DNA of 64,000 nucleotides from an uncultured Hyphomicrobiales bacterium. Its GTDB lineage: Bacteria; Bacteroidota; Ignavibacteria; Kapaibacteriales; UBA2268. The stretch covers positions 45-64,044 of the forward strand of contig CAYVTD010000012.1 of assembly GCA_964454445.1 (NCBI GenBank), written 5' to 3'. Shown here in pieces: positions 47,016 to 56,187 of the stretch. The notes under the pieces were generated by a model that worked only from the letters and a program-made list of their open reading frames with translations, searched no databases and was not told the DNA's origin. The translations under genes and the position numbers were made by a program. Each line of letters opens with the position of its first letter. Within the stretch, counting starts at the first letter, position 1.

Positions 47016-48416
47016 TTATGGTTTTATATCATATTTGTATATTTTTGTTCGTAGGGTTGATGATGGCAATTTGAGTAATTCGGCGGCTTTTGCCATATTT
47101 CCACCTGAAAAAAGAACGGCTTTTGTGATAATTTCCTTTTCAGTATCAATTATCATATCTTCGAATGATTTGCTTCCAATCTCGAATCTTTCGGACTTGA
47201 GCAAAGGGGTCCTGAGCTCTGGCGGGATTAAATTTTTGTCAATACTGCCTCCATCGGAAAGGATTAATAAACGCTCAGTGATGTTTTTTAATTCTCTGAT
47301 GTTACCGGGCCAATGATAAGACGTTAGTATATCCATTGCCTCTTTTGTAACTTCAATTTTTTTACCTGGAGATAGAACAGAAATGAAGTTATTGATAAGT
47401 AGAGGAATATCTTCTTTTCGTTCCCGCAAGGGTGGGATATGAATTGGAAAGATATTAAGCCGGTAATACAAATCCTCCCTGAACCTTCCTTCGCTGACTA
47501 GTTTGCTAAGATCTACCTTAGTCGAAGCAATAACTCTAACGTCAATTTTAATTGTTTTGCTGCTGCCGACGCGTTCTAATTCCTGTTCCTGCAACACACG
47601 TAGTAATTTTACTTGCAAATCCAAGGGAACATCGTCGATATCGTCGAGATAAATAGTGCCATCATCAGCAAGCTCAAATCTGCCTGGGCGTTGCTTGTCT
47701 GCACCCGTAAAAGAACCCTTTTCATGACCGAACAATTCACTCTCGAAGACTTCGCGGGCTAATACAGCGCAGCTTACTTTTAAAAAAGGAGCATTTCTCC
47801 TATCACTGTTGTAATGAAGCACTCCAGCGTGCAATTCCTTTCCTGTGCCTGTTTCGCCTGTAATCAGCACAGTTGTTTTTTTCGCGGCTACTGTTTCGAT
47901 TAATTTTTTTATATTATTACCTTGGGGGCTATTACCAACGATTGAGTCAATACCATAAGTTTTTTTAATGTCAGACTTTAACCAAAAATTTTCTTTTTTT
48001 ACCTTATATAGTTCCTCGATTTTTCGCAGTTTCATTATTAGTTCTTCAGTTCTAAAAGGTTTTGTGATGTAATCGTATGCTCCATTCTGCATACATTGCA
48101 CAGCAGATTCGACAGTGGCAAAAGCGGTCATAAGAATCACATATACATCGGGATTTATTTCCTTAGCTCTCTTTAATAACTCAGTTCCGTTCATCTTCGG
48201 CATACGAATATCGGAAACAATAATGTCAATGCCACCAGCTTTGAAAATGTTAAGCGCCTCGACAGGATTCTCTTGAGTAACAACATCATAACCGTTATCA
48301 ACAAGCTCATCTTTGATTGTTACTCTAAGGATTTTCTCATCTTCAACAACAAGTATTTTTAATTTGCTGATAATAACTCCAATATCTTTTTGATAAAACT
48401 CGACGATATTTCGCAA
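47016..48416 (-). CDS. Sigma-54-dependent response regulator (NtrC/Fis family: receiver, AAA+ and helix-turn-helix (HTH) domains)
   Basis: The receiver domain contains the phospho-acceptor Asp in IVSDIRMP. The AAA+ domain shows LITGETGTGKE and a GAFTGA-like loop (GSFTGA). The C-terminus carries a Fis-type HTH. Confidence 0.85.
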   Translation of the reverse strand: MRNIVEFYQKDIGVIISKLKILVVEDEKILRVTIKDELVDNGYDVVTQENPVEALNIFKAGGIDIIVSDIRMPKMNGTELLKRAKEINPDVYVILMTAFATVESAVQCMQNGAYDYITKPFRTEELIMKLRKIEELYKVKKENFWLKSDIKKTYGIDSIVGNSPQGNNIKKLIETVAAKKTTVLITGETGTGKELHAGVLHYNSDRRNAPFLKVSCAVLAREVFESELFGHEKGSFTGADKQRPGRFELADDGTIYLDDIDDVPLDLQVKLLRVLQEQELERVGSSKTIKIDVRVIASTKVDLSKLVSEGRFREDLYYRLNIFPIHIPPLRERKEDIPLLINNFISVLSPGKKIEVTKEAMDILTSYHWPGNIRELKNITERLLILSDGGSIDKNLIPPELRTPLLKSERFEIGSKSFEDMIIDTEKEIITKAVLFSGGNMAKAAELLKLPSSTLRTKIYKYDIKP

Positions 48417-48437
48417 AATTAATTTTTCAAGCTATTT

Positions 48438-49931
48438 TTATTCACTGCTTAAAGGCAGTTCAATAATTACAGTTGTTCCTTTCAAATATTCGCTTTCTAT
48501 CTTTATTTCTCCTTTGTGTGCCTGAATAATTCCATAACAAACATACAGACCAAGCCCCGTACCCATACCGGGCTCTTTTGTTGTATAAAACGGATCAAAT
48601 ACCTTGACTTTATCCTCCCCTTTTATACCGATTCCATTATCTTTAATCTTTACAATCAATTTCCCATCTTTTGTTCCCGCAGACAATTCTATTAAAAGAG
48701 GAAAATCTGATTCTATTGCTGTTCTCGATTCGATAGCATCAATGCCATTAATCAGCAAATTCACAAAGACTTGCTCTAATTGGTTGAAATTCCCAAAGGT
48801 TAATGATATGTTTTCTGGTGTATTATTAATAATACTTACATGATGCTTCTCAAATTTATAGGATATTAAAAGTATAGATTTTTCAAGTACTTCATTAATT
48901 TTGACATTTTGGAAATTCATCTCCGGTGTCCTCGAATAGTCAAGCATGAGCTTTACTACATTTTCCACTTTATCGACTGCTTCAGCCATCATCTCAAGAT
49001 ACTCCCTACTTTGTTCCTTGTTACCGGACGATTTATTCAATCTCCTGATACAATTCTGGATTCCGGCAATTGGATTATTTATCTCGTGTGCCAATCCGGC
49101 TGCTAATATTCCAATCGAAGCTAACTTCTCTGTTTGTATCAATTTATTGTATGATTGCTCCTTTTCTTTATAAACCTCGTCTAATCTGCTAACCATTTCG
49201 CTGAATTTACTTTCCAAAATATCTAACTCATCTTTAATTTGAATATGTCGCGAAAATATCGGCATAAGTCGTTTTTGCAACTTTGTAAACATATTATAAT
49301 TAGACTCGGATAATGTATATTCGATTTTTTCTGAGATTTTTATGATATTTTTTATTGGATTTGTTATAACTGATGCAAAAATGAATCCGCCTGTAATACC
49401 AATTGTTAAAAAGATTATTATCATAATTATTATCGGAATCAATCTTAATCTAAAATCTTTATAGCCAATATTATGATACATTCCTATTCTTACAAATACT
49501 TGTGGTGAACTGCTTATTTTATAAACAACTTCATAAATACATTCATCTTCTTTAACTCTGTCTTTTTTTGTAATACCAGCCCTTTTGGAAATTGCATCAT
49601 AATCCTCAAGCAAATAGCTGGCTTCATCGCTTCTTCCAATTATTTTACTTGGATTCTTAATATAAATAATTGAAAAGGCTATGGAATTATCTGATTCATA
49701 AAATCTGTCTATATACTCTTGTAATTGCTTGTAATCACCAACTTTAAGGTAATATTTCGACTGTTTGGAAAACAACCTGGCTAAGGATTCCGTAGTTTTG
49801 CATACTCCTTCTTCATGGATTGACAGCAGGTTTTCATAAAACATTATTATATTTATTAATCCAAATACTATAACAATCGCTACAATAGCAATAGTAAACT
49901 TCCAGAAAAGCGGCATATAAAACTTTTTCAT
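48438..49931 (-). CDS. Membrane sensor histidine kinase (two transmembrane helices and a periplasmic sensor domain)
   Basis: The H-box is LAHEINNPIAGI. HATPase_c shows DNGIGI...GTGLGLYV. Confidence 0.8.
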   Translation of the reverse strand: MKKFYMPLFWKFTIAIVAIVIVFGLINIIMFYENLLSIHEEGVCKTTESLARLFSKQSKYYLKVGDYKQLQEYIDRFYESDNSIAFSIIYIKNPSKIIGRSDEASYLLEDYDAISKRAGITKKDRVKEDECIYEVVYKISSSPQVFVRIGMYHNIGYKDFRLRLIPIIIMIIIFLTIGITGGFIFASVITNPIKNIIKISEKIEYTLSESNYNMFTKLQKRLMPIFSRHIQIKDELDILESKFSEMVSRLDEVYKEKEQSYNKLIQTEKLASIGILAAGLAHEINNPIAGIQNCIRRLNKSSGNKEQSREYLEMMAEAVDKVENVVKLMLDYSRTPEMNFQNVKINEVLEKSILLISYKFEKHHVSIINNTPENISLTFGNFNQLEQVFVNLLINGIDAIESRTAIESDFPLLIELSAGTKDGKLIVKIKDNGIGIKGEDKVKVFDPFYTTKEPGMGTGLGLYVCYGIIQAHKGEIKIESEYLKGTTVIIELPLSSE

Positions 49932-49953
49932 TTGGCCTTACCTTTACTTTCCC

Positions 49954-51360
49954 CTAATTGCTATCATTTACATTGTTATCCTTTTCTTCAGCTTTTAATT
50001 TCTGAAGATATTGCTCAACATTCTTTCTCTCAGTAATATCCAAAGAATATTCAATCATCTGAACAACTTCCCCATTATCGTCTAAAATCGGATAGCCATA
50101 GACCTCAATATCCCGAGGCTGATTGTTGTTATCATAGTGGATATGTTGAGTTACAAAAGGTTTTTTGCTTTCGATTACTTTTCTTATTGGGCATATATGC
50201 TCGGTTCCCGAGCAGGGAGCATCAATGTCGTGCGTAATTTTATAGCATTTCTTGCTTGCTAGGTCTTCACTAAACTTTGACGCCGAGTTTGCTAAAACTA
50301 TCGAATAATCTTTCACATCAATCACATAAAAAGGGTGTGGCAGCGCTTCAATCACATCTTTAAGGAATTTGTTTCTTTCTTTTATCTCTTGTTCCACCTT
50401 CTTCAGCTTGGTAATATTTCTTTCGAAAACTGCCACTCTGGCAACCCCGCCGTCAACTCCAAACAGGGGATAAATCGTCGATTCATAGAAATCGTCCTTA
50501 TCTTTCATCTCATAATTAAAAGCCGTACAATTCTTTAGAACATAATCAACTTGCTCTTTTTTGTCAAATAATTTGCTTTTATTTGCAAAATCATATATCT
50601 TAGAGCCAATTAGCTTGTCGGCTGTTTTGCCAATCTTTTGCAATCCTGCTTCATTCATCGAAAGTATTACGCCTTCGACATCGAGCAGATAAACAGGATC
50701 TTTTGGAGCATTAAGCAAAGCACGTGAAACTCTTTCGCTTTCTAATAACCTTTTTTCCACCATTTTCCTTTCGCTAATATCTCTTTGTATTGCAAGGAAT
50801 CCTACCAATTTACCTTTATCATCGAAAATCGGATTCGCAGAACCTTCAATATTCAAAAAATCCCCGGATTTTTTCTTATTTATAAACTCTCCCCTAATTA
50901 CTTCGCCTTCAGTTATTCTTTTCCAGAAATATTTATAATCATCATCTTTCATCACACCGCTTTTCAGTATTCTCGGCGTGTGTTTATTTACTACTTCTTC
51001 AGTCGAATGCCCGTAAACTTTAGTAAATTCAGGATTTATATATCTAATAATTCCTTTTGTATCGGTTAAAAATACAACTTCTCCCGATGTTTCGACAGCT
51101 TTCTTAAACATCATTAATTCGCTCTCTGCTTTTTTTCGTCTTCTAATAAACAAAATCACTAAAACACCAATGAAAAGCAAGATTGACAAGATTAACAATC
51201 GCCTTAGCATCATTGCATCTGATTGGACATAGATTAAGCTTCCCAAAAACGATTTTTCATAAACAAAACTCTCTAATATGGCATTAACAAACCACATTGC
51301 AATGCCCATTACGAATGCTAAACCGATAATAAAAGTTTTTTCTTTCATATATTTATTCAT
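49954..51360 (-). CDS. Membrane-anchored PAS-domain sensor protein (about three PAS/PAC modules, no output domain)
   Basis: It has two N-terminal transmembrane helices and repeated PAS S-box patterns. It ends without a kinase or GGDEF domain, 22 nt upstream of the histidine kinase gene. Confidence 0.7.
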   Translation of the reverse strand: MNKYMKEKTFIIGLAFVMGIAMWFVNAILESFVYEKSFLGSLIYVQSDAMMLRRLLILSILLFIGVLVILFIRRRKKAESELMMFKKAVETSGEVVFLTDTKGIIRYINPEFTKVYGHSTEEVVNKHTPRILKSGVMKDDDYKYFWKRITEGEVIRGEFINKKKSGDFLNIEGSANPIFDDKGKLVGFLAIQRDISERKMVEKRLLESERVSRALLNAPKDPVYLLDVEGVILSMNEAGLQKIGKTADKLIGSKIYDFANKSKLFDKKEQVDYVLKNCTAFNYEMKDKDDFYESTIYPLFGVDGGVARVAVFERNITKLKKVEQEIKERNKFLKDVIEALPHPFYVIDVKDYSIVLANSASKFSEDLASKKCYKITHDIDAPCSGTEHICPIRKVIESKKPFVTQHIHYDNNNQPRDIEVYGYPILDDNGEVVQMIEYSLDITERKNVEQYLQKLKAEEKDNNVNDSN

Positions 51361-51630
51361 TTTTCTAAAAAAACAATCACTTTCTAATTATATATATATT
51401 TTTATGCCACAATATTTACAATATATAAAATTATTTCTTTTTCTCAACTGAATAAACAATAAAAAAACAAAAAACCACATAATTAATTTTTTTATAAGAC
51501 AGAAATCTCAAAGCAAAAGCTATTATTTGCAATACACTATTTTTTACTATTAATCGCCTTATAAACAAATCAATTATTAAATAATATTTTTCGCGAGTTG
51601 GATATGAAATTTGTTACTGCTTTGTAATTA

Positions 51631-53235
51631 ATGCAGTTTAACATATTGGATGCAAATGAAATGGCTGAAGAAAAAGCAAAAATATTGTGGATAGATGACG
51701 AAATAGAGTTATTGAAACCACATATTATCCTTCTAGAACAAAGGGGCTACCACGTAAATACATCGACTAATGGTGAAGATGCTATCGAAATGGTTAGAGG
51801 AACTCATTACGGTCTTATCTTCCTCGATGAATCAATGGTTGGTATGAGTGGCTTGGATACACTGCCGTTACTCAAGCAAATCGATCCGGTAACGCCTGTG
51901 GTTATGGTAACCAAAAATGAGGCAGAATCGTTGATGGAAGAAGCCTTAGGTAGTAAAATCGATGATTATCTGACCAAACCCGTTAATCCGGCACAAATCC
52001 TTGCGGCTTGCAAAAAATTTATCGAATCCGAACGTATAACACAAGAGCGGCTTACCCAGGACTATCTCGTCGGTTTCAACGAAATTCGGTCAAAAATGAT
52101 GGATAGACTCGATTGGCAAGATTGGAAAGAAATTTTCGAAAAGCTTGTGAAATGGTCGATTGAACTCGATCGCCATCCCGAATTGGGCTTTTTGTCAACT
52201 TTGGAAGATCAATGGCGCGAATGCAATGTGCAATTCTCGAAATTCATCGAAGATAACTATCAGTATTGGGTAGAAAACGAAAATAACACAGATGTGCCGA
52301 TAATGTCTCCACATATTAATGATAAATATCTATTGCCATTGCTCAAGACAGGCAAGCCGACAGTTTTTTTTGTAATCGACTGCCTTCGGGCAGACCAATG
52401 GCTTGTAATATCAGAACTACTAAGCCCATATTTTTCTTTCGATTTGGATTATTATCTGTCAATCATTCCTACAGCCACCCCATACGCAAGAAATGCAATT
52501 TTTAGTGGTTTATTTCCTATTGATATTCAAAAGTATTATCCACAATGGTGGTTGGGCGAGCCTTATGACGAATCGCACAAACAAAATGCTTATGAAAAAG
52601 AACTTTTAGAGGAATACATTTCGAGGAGAAGGCTCAAGTTAAAAAATAATTTTACTTATCTGAAGATACACGAGACCGAGTTTGGCAAGCGCGTGGAAAG
52701 CGACATTAAGCGGCTTGCAAAACAGCATTTAACAGCGATAGTTGTCAATGCAGTCGATATGATAGCACATAGCCGCTCGGATTACGCCATTTTAAAAGAA
52801 ATAGCTCCTGACGAAGCGGCTTACCGCTCCTTGACCCGCTCCTGGTTTCAACATTCTTCCCTGTTTGGAATGCTCAAACAACTCGCAGAGATGAAAGATG
52901 TGCAAATACTGCTTACAACTGACCATGGCTCGATCAGGTGTATGCGAGGAGTAAAAGTGCTGGGCGATCGCGACACAACCACTTGTCTGCGCTATAAATT
53001 TGGCAGAAATGTGAAAGCAGACGAACGCCACGCCATCCAATTGAAAGAATTGCAAAAGTTCAAATTACCAAAGGCGGGGGTAACTGTAAATAATATTATT
53101 GCAAAAGAAGATTATTATTTCGTTTATCCAACTGACTATCACCATTATTTGCAACGTTATCGAGACAGTTTCCAGCACGGTGGTGTTTCGCTCGAAGAGA
53201 TGATAATCCCAATAGTAAACTTGAAACAAAGGTAA
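51631..53235 (+). CDS. porX: PorX-type T9SS response regulator: CheY-like receiver fused to a PglZ (alkaline-phosphatase superfamily) domain
   Basis: ILWIDDEIELLKPHIILLEQRGYHV is the PorX receiver signature. The PglZ blocks are FFVIDCLRADQW, IIPTATPYARNAIFSGLFP and LLTTDHGS, and the C-terminus ends HGGVSLEEMIIP. The ATG at 51661 (MAEEKAK...) is an alternative, possibly better, start. Confidence 0.8.
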   Translation: MQFNILDANEMAEEKAKILWIDDEIELLKPHIILLEQRGYHVNTSTNGEDAIEMVRGTHYGLIFLDESMVGMSGLDTLPLLKQIDPVTPVVMVTKNEAESLMEEALGSKIDDYLTKPVNPAQILAACKKFIESERITQERLTQDYLVGFNEIRSKMMDRLDWQDWKEIFEKLVKWSIELDRHPELGFLSTLEDQWRECNVQFSKFIEDNYQYWVENENNTDVPIMSPHINDKYLLPLLKTGKPTVFFVIDCLRADQWLVISELLSPYFSFDLDYYLSIIPTATPYARNAIFSGLFPIDIQKYYPQWWLGEPYDESHKQNAYEKELLEEYISRRRLKLKNNFTYLKIHETEFGKRVESDIKRLAKQHLTAIVVNAVDMIAHSRSDYAILKEIAPDEAAYRSLTRSWFQHSSLFGMLKQLAEMKDVQILLTTDHGSIRCMRGVKVLGDRDTTTCLRYKFGRNVKADERHAIQLKELQKFKLPKAGVTVNNIIAKEDYYFVYPTDYHHYLQRYRDSFQHGGVSLEEMIIPIVNLKQR

Positions 53236-53439
53236 GAGGTATTAATCAACCCACCAATCTCCATTTTTTGGTTTCTGATTTAGACCGGTTTATTGAAAGT
53301 ATTATCATTCAAATTTTAATATTTTCATCTATTAGTAATAAGTATTGGTATCTCAAATTGATAATGCAATAAAAGACGTTTAGTTTAGTCTTATTTTTAT
53401 TTAATAGTAGTAAATAAGTAAAAGTAATAATTAGAATTT

Positions 53440-54036
53440 ATGGAAAAGAAACAACTTGTTGTACTTGGATTGTCAGCATCACCTGGGACTGGTAGTGCTT
53501 ATGCTTTGATAATGAAGGAAATTGATGGTAATCGGCGTCTTCCAATTATCATAGGTGCCTTCGAGGCACAGGCAATAGCACTTGAAATGGAGGGAGTTGA
53601 GCCGCCACGCCCAATGACTCATGATTTATTAAAAAAGATATTAGATACATTTGATGAACAACTGACTGAGGTTTATATTAACGACCTTAAAGATGGAACT
53701 TTTTTCGCGAAATTAATTTTTGAGTATTCAAGTATAGAAATAGATGCTCGCCCAAGCGATGCGATTGCGCTTGCTGTTCGTTGCAATGTCCCAATATATG
53801 TAAATTCAGAAATATTAGACGAGACAGGAATAATACCTCAAGATGAGCAAACCGAGCAAGCACCTTATACGGCTCAGCCTTTTCAAGAGAAACCCGAACC
53901 ATATAAACAGCCAAAAGCCAAGAAAAGTCGCCTGGAAATGTTAAATGAAGATCTCGACAAGGCGATAAAAGATGAAAATTACGAGCTTGCCGCTAAAATT
54001 CGCGATGAAATAAAAAATTTGCTTGAAAGTTCATAG
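53440..54036 (+). CDS. Bifunctional nuclease (BFN/DUF151) family protein with a C-terminal UVR motif
   Basis: It has the BFN fold signature (...ARPSDAIALAVR...) and a UvrB/C-like helix (LNEDLDKAIKDENYELAAKIRDEI). Confidence 0.7.
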   Translation: MEKKQLVVLGLSASPGTGSAYALIMKEIDGNRRLPIIIGAFEAQAIALEMEGVEPPRPMTHDLLKKILDTFDEQLTEVYINDLKDGTFFAKLIFEYSSIEIDARPSDAIALAVRCNVPIYVNSEILDETGIIPQDEQTEQAPYTAQPFQEKPEPYKQPKAKKSRLEMLNEDLDKAIKDENYELAAKIRDEIKNLLESS

Positions 54037-54068
54037 ATTTTTTCTTAATTTTGTAAATGTTTTTTTCA

Positions 54069-54142
54069 GCCGGAGTAGCTCAGTTGGTTAGAGCATCGGA
54101 ATCATAATCCGAGTGTCGGCGGTTCAACTCCGTCCTCCGGTA
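54069..54142 (+). tRNA. tRNA-Met (anticodon CAT); elongator Met or a lysidine-modified tRNA-Ile2, but not an initiator
   Basis: I folded the cloverleaf by hand. The acceptor stem is GCCGGAG/CTCCGGT, the D arm GCTCAGTTGGTTAGAGC, the anticodon stem TCGGA/TCCGA with loop ATCATAA (CAT at 54103-54105), the T arm GGCGG-TTCAACT-CCGTC, and the discriminator is A. CCA is not encoded. A 1:72 base pair is present and there are no 3 G-C pairs in the anticodon stem, so it is not an initiator. Confidence 0.85.
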
Positions 54143-54264
54143 CAGCATAGCCTTTTTTTGGGGGGGATTTTTTTCATGATAATAGAATTATTTTCATTGA
54201 AAAACTTGCTTTTTTATTCGAATTTTTTATTATTTTTGTCTTTTGGCAGTTTCATAACTCTTAA

Positions 54265-55314
54265 ATGAAAAAAATTCTCGTCATAGATGATGCTGGGTTT
54301 GTTCTCGAAAGTACTTCGACTTTGTTACGTTTTGAAGGATATGAAGTATTTACTGCTTCAGACGGTATCAAAGGTGTCGAAGCAGCCCAGATGTACCAGC
54401 CAGATATGATATTGTGTGATATTTCAATGCCTGGATTAGACGGTTATGATGTGCTTGATATGCTTCGCAAGAATCCTTCGACTTCATTAACTCCTTTTAT
54501 TTTCTTAACAGCTTTTACAGAGAAATCTAATACGAGAGATGAACTGATTGCTGCAATCGATGCACAATGGGTAAAATATTCCCACTTTGCACAGCAAGTC
54601 AAAGACAAAGTAGAAGAAGTAGGTAGAAATGTATCCTATGCCCTTCCTCATGAATTTAGAACTGTCTTGAATGAGGTCATTAATTCTGCAAAATATCTTC
54701 AGACAAGTGCCAATACAGTAGAACCAGATGAAATCAAAGAACTAACTGGCGATATTATTCTTTCCTCCAACAGATTGATGAAAATTACTGAAAATTTTCT
54801 AATCTTTGTTAGAATCCAATCATTTAGCCACAATGAAGAAATGCGCCAACAGTTGCGAACTTATTTTACCGAAGAAGCCCCTACTGTTTTTGAAGATTTG
54901 TCGAAAATGAAAGCCAATAGTTACAATAGAAGTAATGATCTTGTTTTTAATATATCTGCTAAATCTCTCACACTCGAAGTATCAACCGAAAATTTCCACA
55001 TAATCGTCGATGAATTACTTGATAATTCATTGAAGTTTTCCGATTCTGGCACAAAGTTGTATTTAGATTTATGGCTGGATAATAGATTTATGTTTGTTTC
55101 CCTCAAAGATGAAGGCAGGGGAATGAGCAAGGAACAAATTGATAGTATTTCTGCCCTGTCTCAGTTCGAGCGCACAATTTACGAACAGCAAGGCATCGGA
55201 TTGGGACTAGTTATTGCAAAAAAAATGGTTGAGTTGCACGATGGTTCTTTTGTCATAGAGAGTGAAGAAAGTCAAGGAACACGCGTTATTTTCAGCTTGC
55301 CAATAAAAAAATGA
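54265..55314 (+). CDS. Hybrid signalling protein: N-terminal CheY-like receiver fused to a histidine-kinase core (HisKA + HATPase_c), with no transmembrane segment
   Basis: The receiver shows KILVIDDAGF...DMILCDISMPGLDGY. The H-box (ALPHEFRTVLNEVI) is the same unusual variant as in the kinase at 31321-32607. The ATPase region shows DEGRGMSKEQ...GIGLGLVIAKK. Confidence 0.75.
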   Translation: MKKILVIDDAGFVLESTSTLLRFEGYEVFTASDGIKGVEAAQMYQPDMILCDISMPGLDGYDVLDMLRKNPSTSLTPFIFLTAFTEKSNTRDELIAAIDAQWVKYSHFAQQVKDKVEEVGRNVSYALPHEFRTVLNEVINSAKYLQTSANTVEPDEIKELTGDIILSSNRLMKITENFLIFVRIQSFSHNEEMRQQLRTYFTEEAPTVFEDLSKMKANSYNRSNDLVFNISAKSLTLEVSTENFHIIVDELLDNSLKFSDSGTKLYLDLWLDNRFMFVSLKDEGRGMSKEQIDSISALSQFERTIYEQQGIGLGLVIAKKMVELHDGSFVIESEESQGTRVIFSLPIKK

Positions 55315-55395
55315 TCTCTTGCAACTATCCTACATTAAAATATTTCCTCTTTTATTCGTATCTCTTATTTTCCAATTCACAAAACAAAGGTAAAA

Positions 55396-56001
55396 ATGAT
55401 GAAATATTATAGAATTGTCTTATTATTAACAATAATGTATATTCTTGGCTTTGGAGCGCTAAACGCTGCTGAAAAAACAGGTTTCGACATAAAAGTAAGC
55501 TGCAGTCACGGTATGGAACACACATTAGACGATTGGGCAGGCAACTGGTTGATACTTGAATGGGTAAACTTCGAGTGTCCTTACGTAAAAAAGCATTATG
55601 AAACAAAAAATATGCAAAAATTACAAAAAAAATATACCGCAATGGGCGTGAAATGGCTTTCTGTTTGTTCTTCAGCACCGGGTAATGAAGGTTATTTTGA
55701 TAATCAAAGTATTAACAGGCGTATTAAATTATATCAAGCAAACATTTCTATGTATCTTGTCGATGAAAAAGGCGATTTAGCCAGAGCATACAATGTTAAA
55801 ACAACTCCGACGATTGTCGTCATTAATCCCGAAGGCGAAATAATGTATCAAGGATCTATTGACGACAAACCTACAAGCAATAAAAAAGATATCGAAGGAG
55901 CGAGAAATTATTTGTCAGAAATAATGGATGCAGTTTTAAAAGGAAGACCAGCTCCTATTACAAGCACAAAATCTTATGGATGTCCAGTAGAATATGAATG
56001 A
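55396..56001 (+). CDS. Secreted thioredoxin-fold protein (redoxin/TlpA-like)
   Basis: It has a signal peptide and a thioredoxin-like motif around WLILEWVNFECPYV, with a second Cys near the C-terminus (YGCPVEY). The assignment is by eye only. Confidence 0.4.
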   Translation: MMKYYRIVLLLTIMYILGFGALNAAEKTGFDIKVSCSHGMEHTLDDWAGNWLILEWVNFECPYVKKHYETKNMQKLQKKYTAMGVKWLSVCSSAPGNEGYFDNQSINRRIKLYQANISMYLVDEKGDLARAYNVKTTPTIVVINPEGEIMYQGSIDDKPTSNKKDIEGARNYLSEIMDAVLKGRPAPITSTKSYGCPVEYE

Positions 56002-56106
56002 TTTGTCATTATTATGATGATAAACCGCTTTTTTTCTAATTATTTTCAAAAAAATAAAAATAATACTTGCATTTAAAGTTTTTTTTTGTATATTTGAATT
56101 GCGGGG

Positions 56107-56187
56107 GGTTGATATGGCGCCATCATCACCATCACACCCACACCAAAACACCACCAGATTAATCAGCCATATCAACCTTCCTTTTTT
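56107..56187 (+). other. Perfect 12-bp inverted repeat (GGTTGATATGGC ... GCCATATCAACC) enclosing a 47-nt C/A-rich loop, followed by TTCCTTTTTTT
   Basis: It is seen directly in the 440-bp convergent intergenic region between the thioredoxin-fold gene and ftcD. It is preceded by a G7 run. No protein-coding potential was found; the only ORF there is a 51-aa His/Pro-rich one that I judged spurious. Confidence 0.3.

Noticed and set aside
51631-53235. A PglZ domain, which could suggest a BREX phage-defence system
   Set aside because: The PglZ is fused to a CheY-like receiver, and its N-terminus matches the PorX signature. No PglX methyltransferase, BrxC ATPase, BrxA/B or Lon-like BrxL genes lie within ~15 kb on either side. 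The neighbours are a PAS/histidine kinase/sigma-54 operon, a nuclease, a tRNA and a receiver-kinase hybrid. I interpret it as the T9SS regulator PorX, not as BREX.
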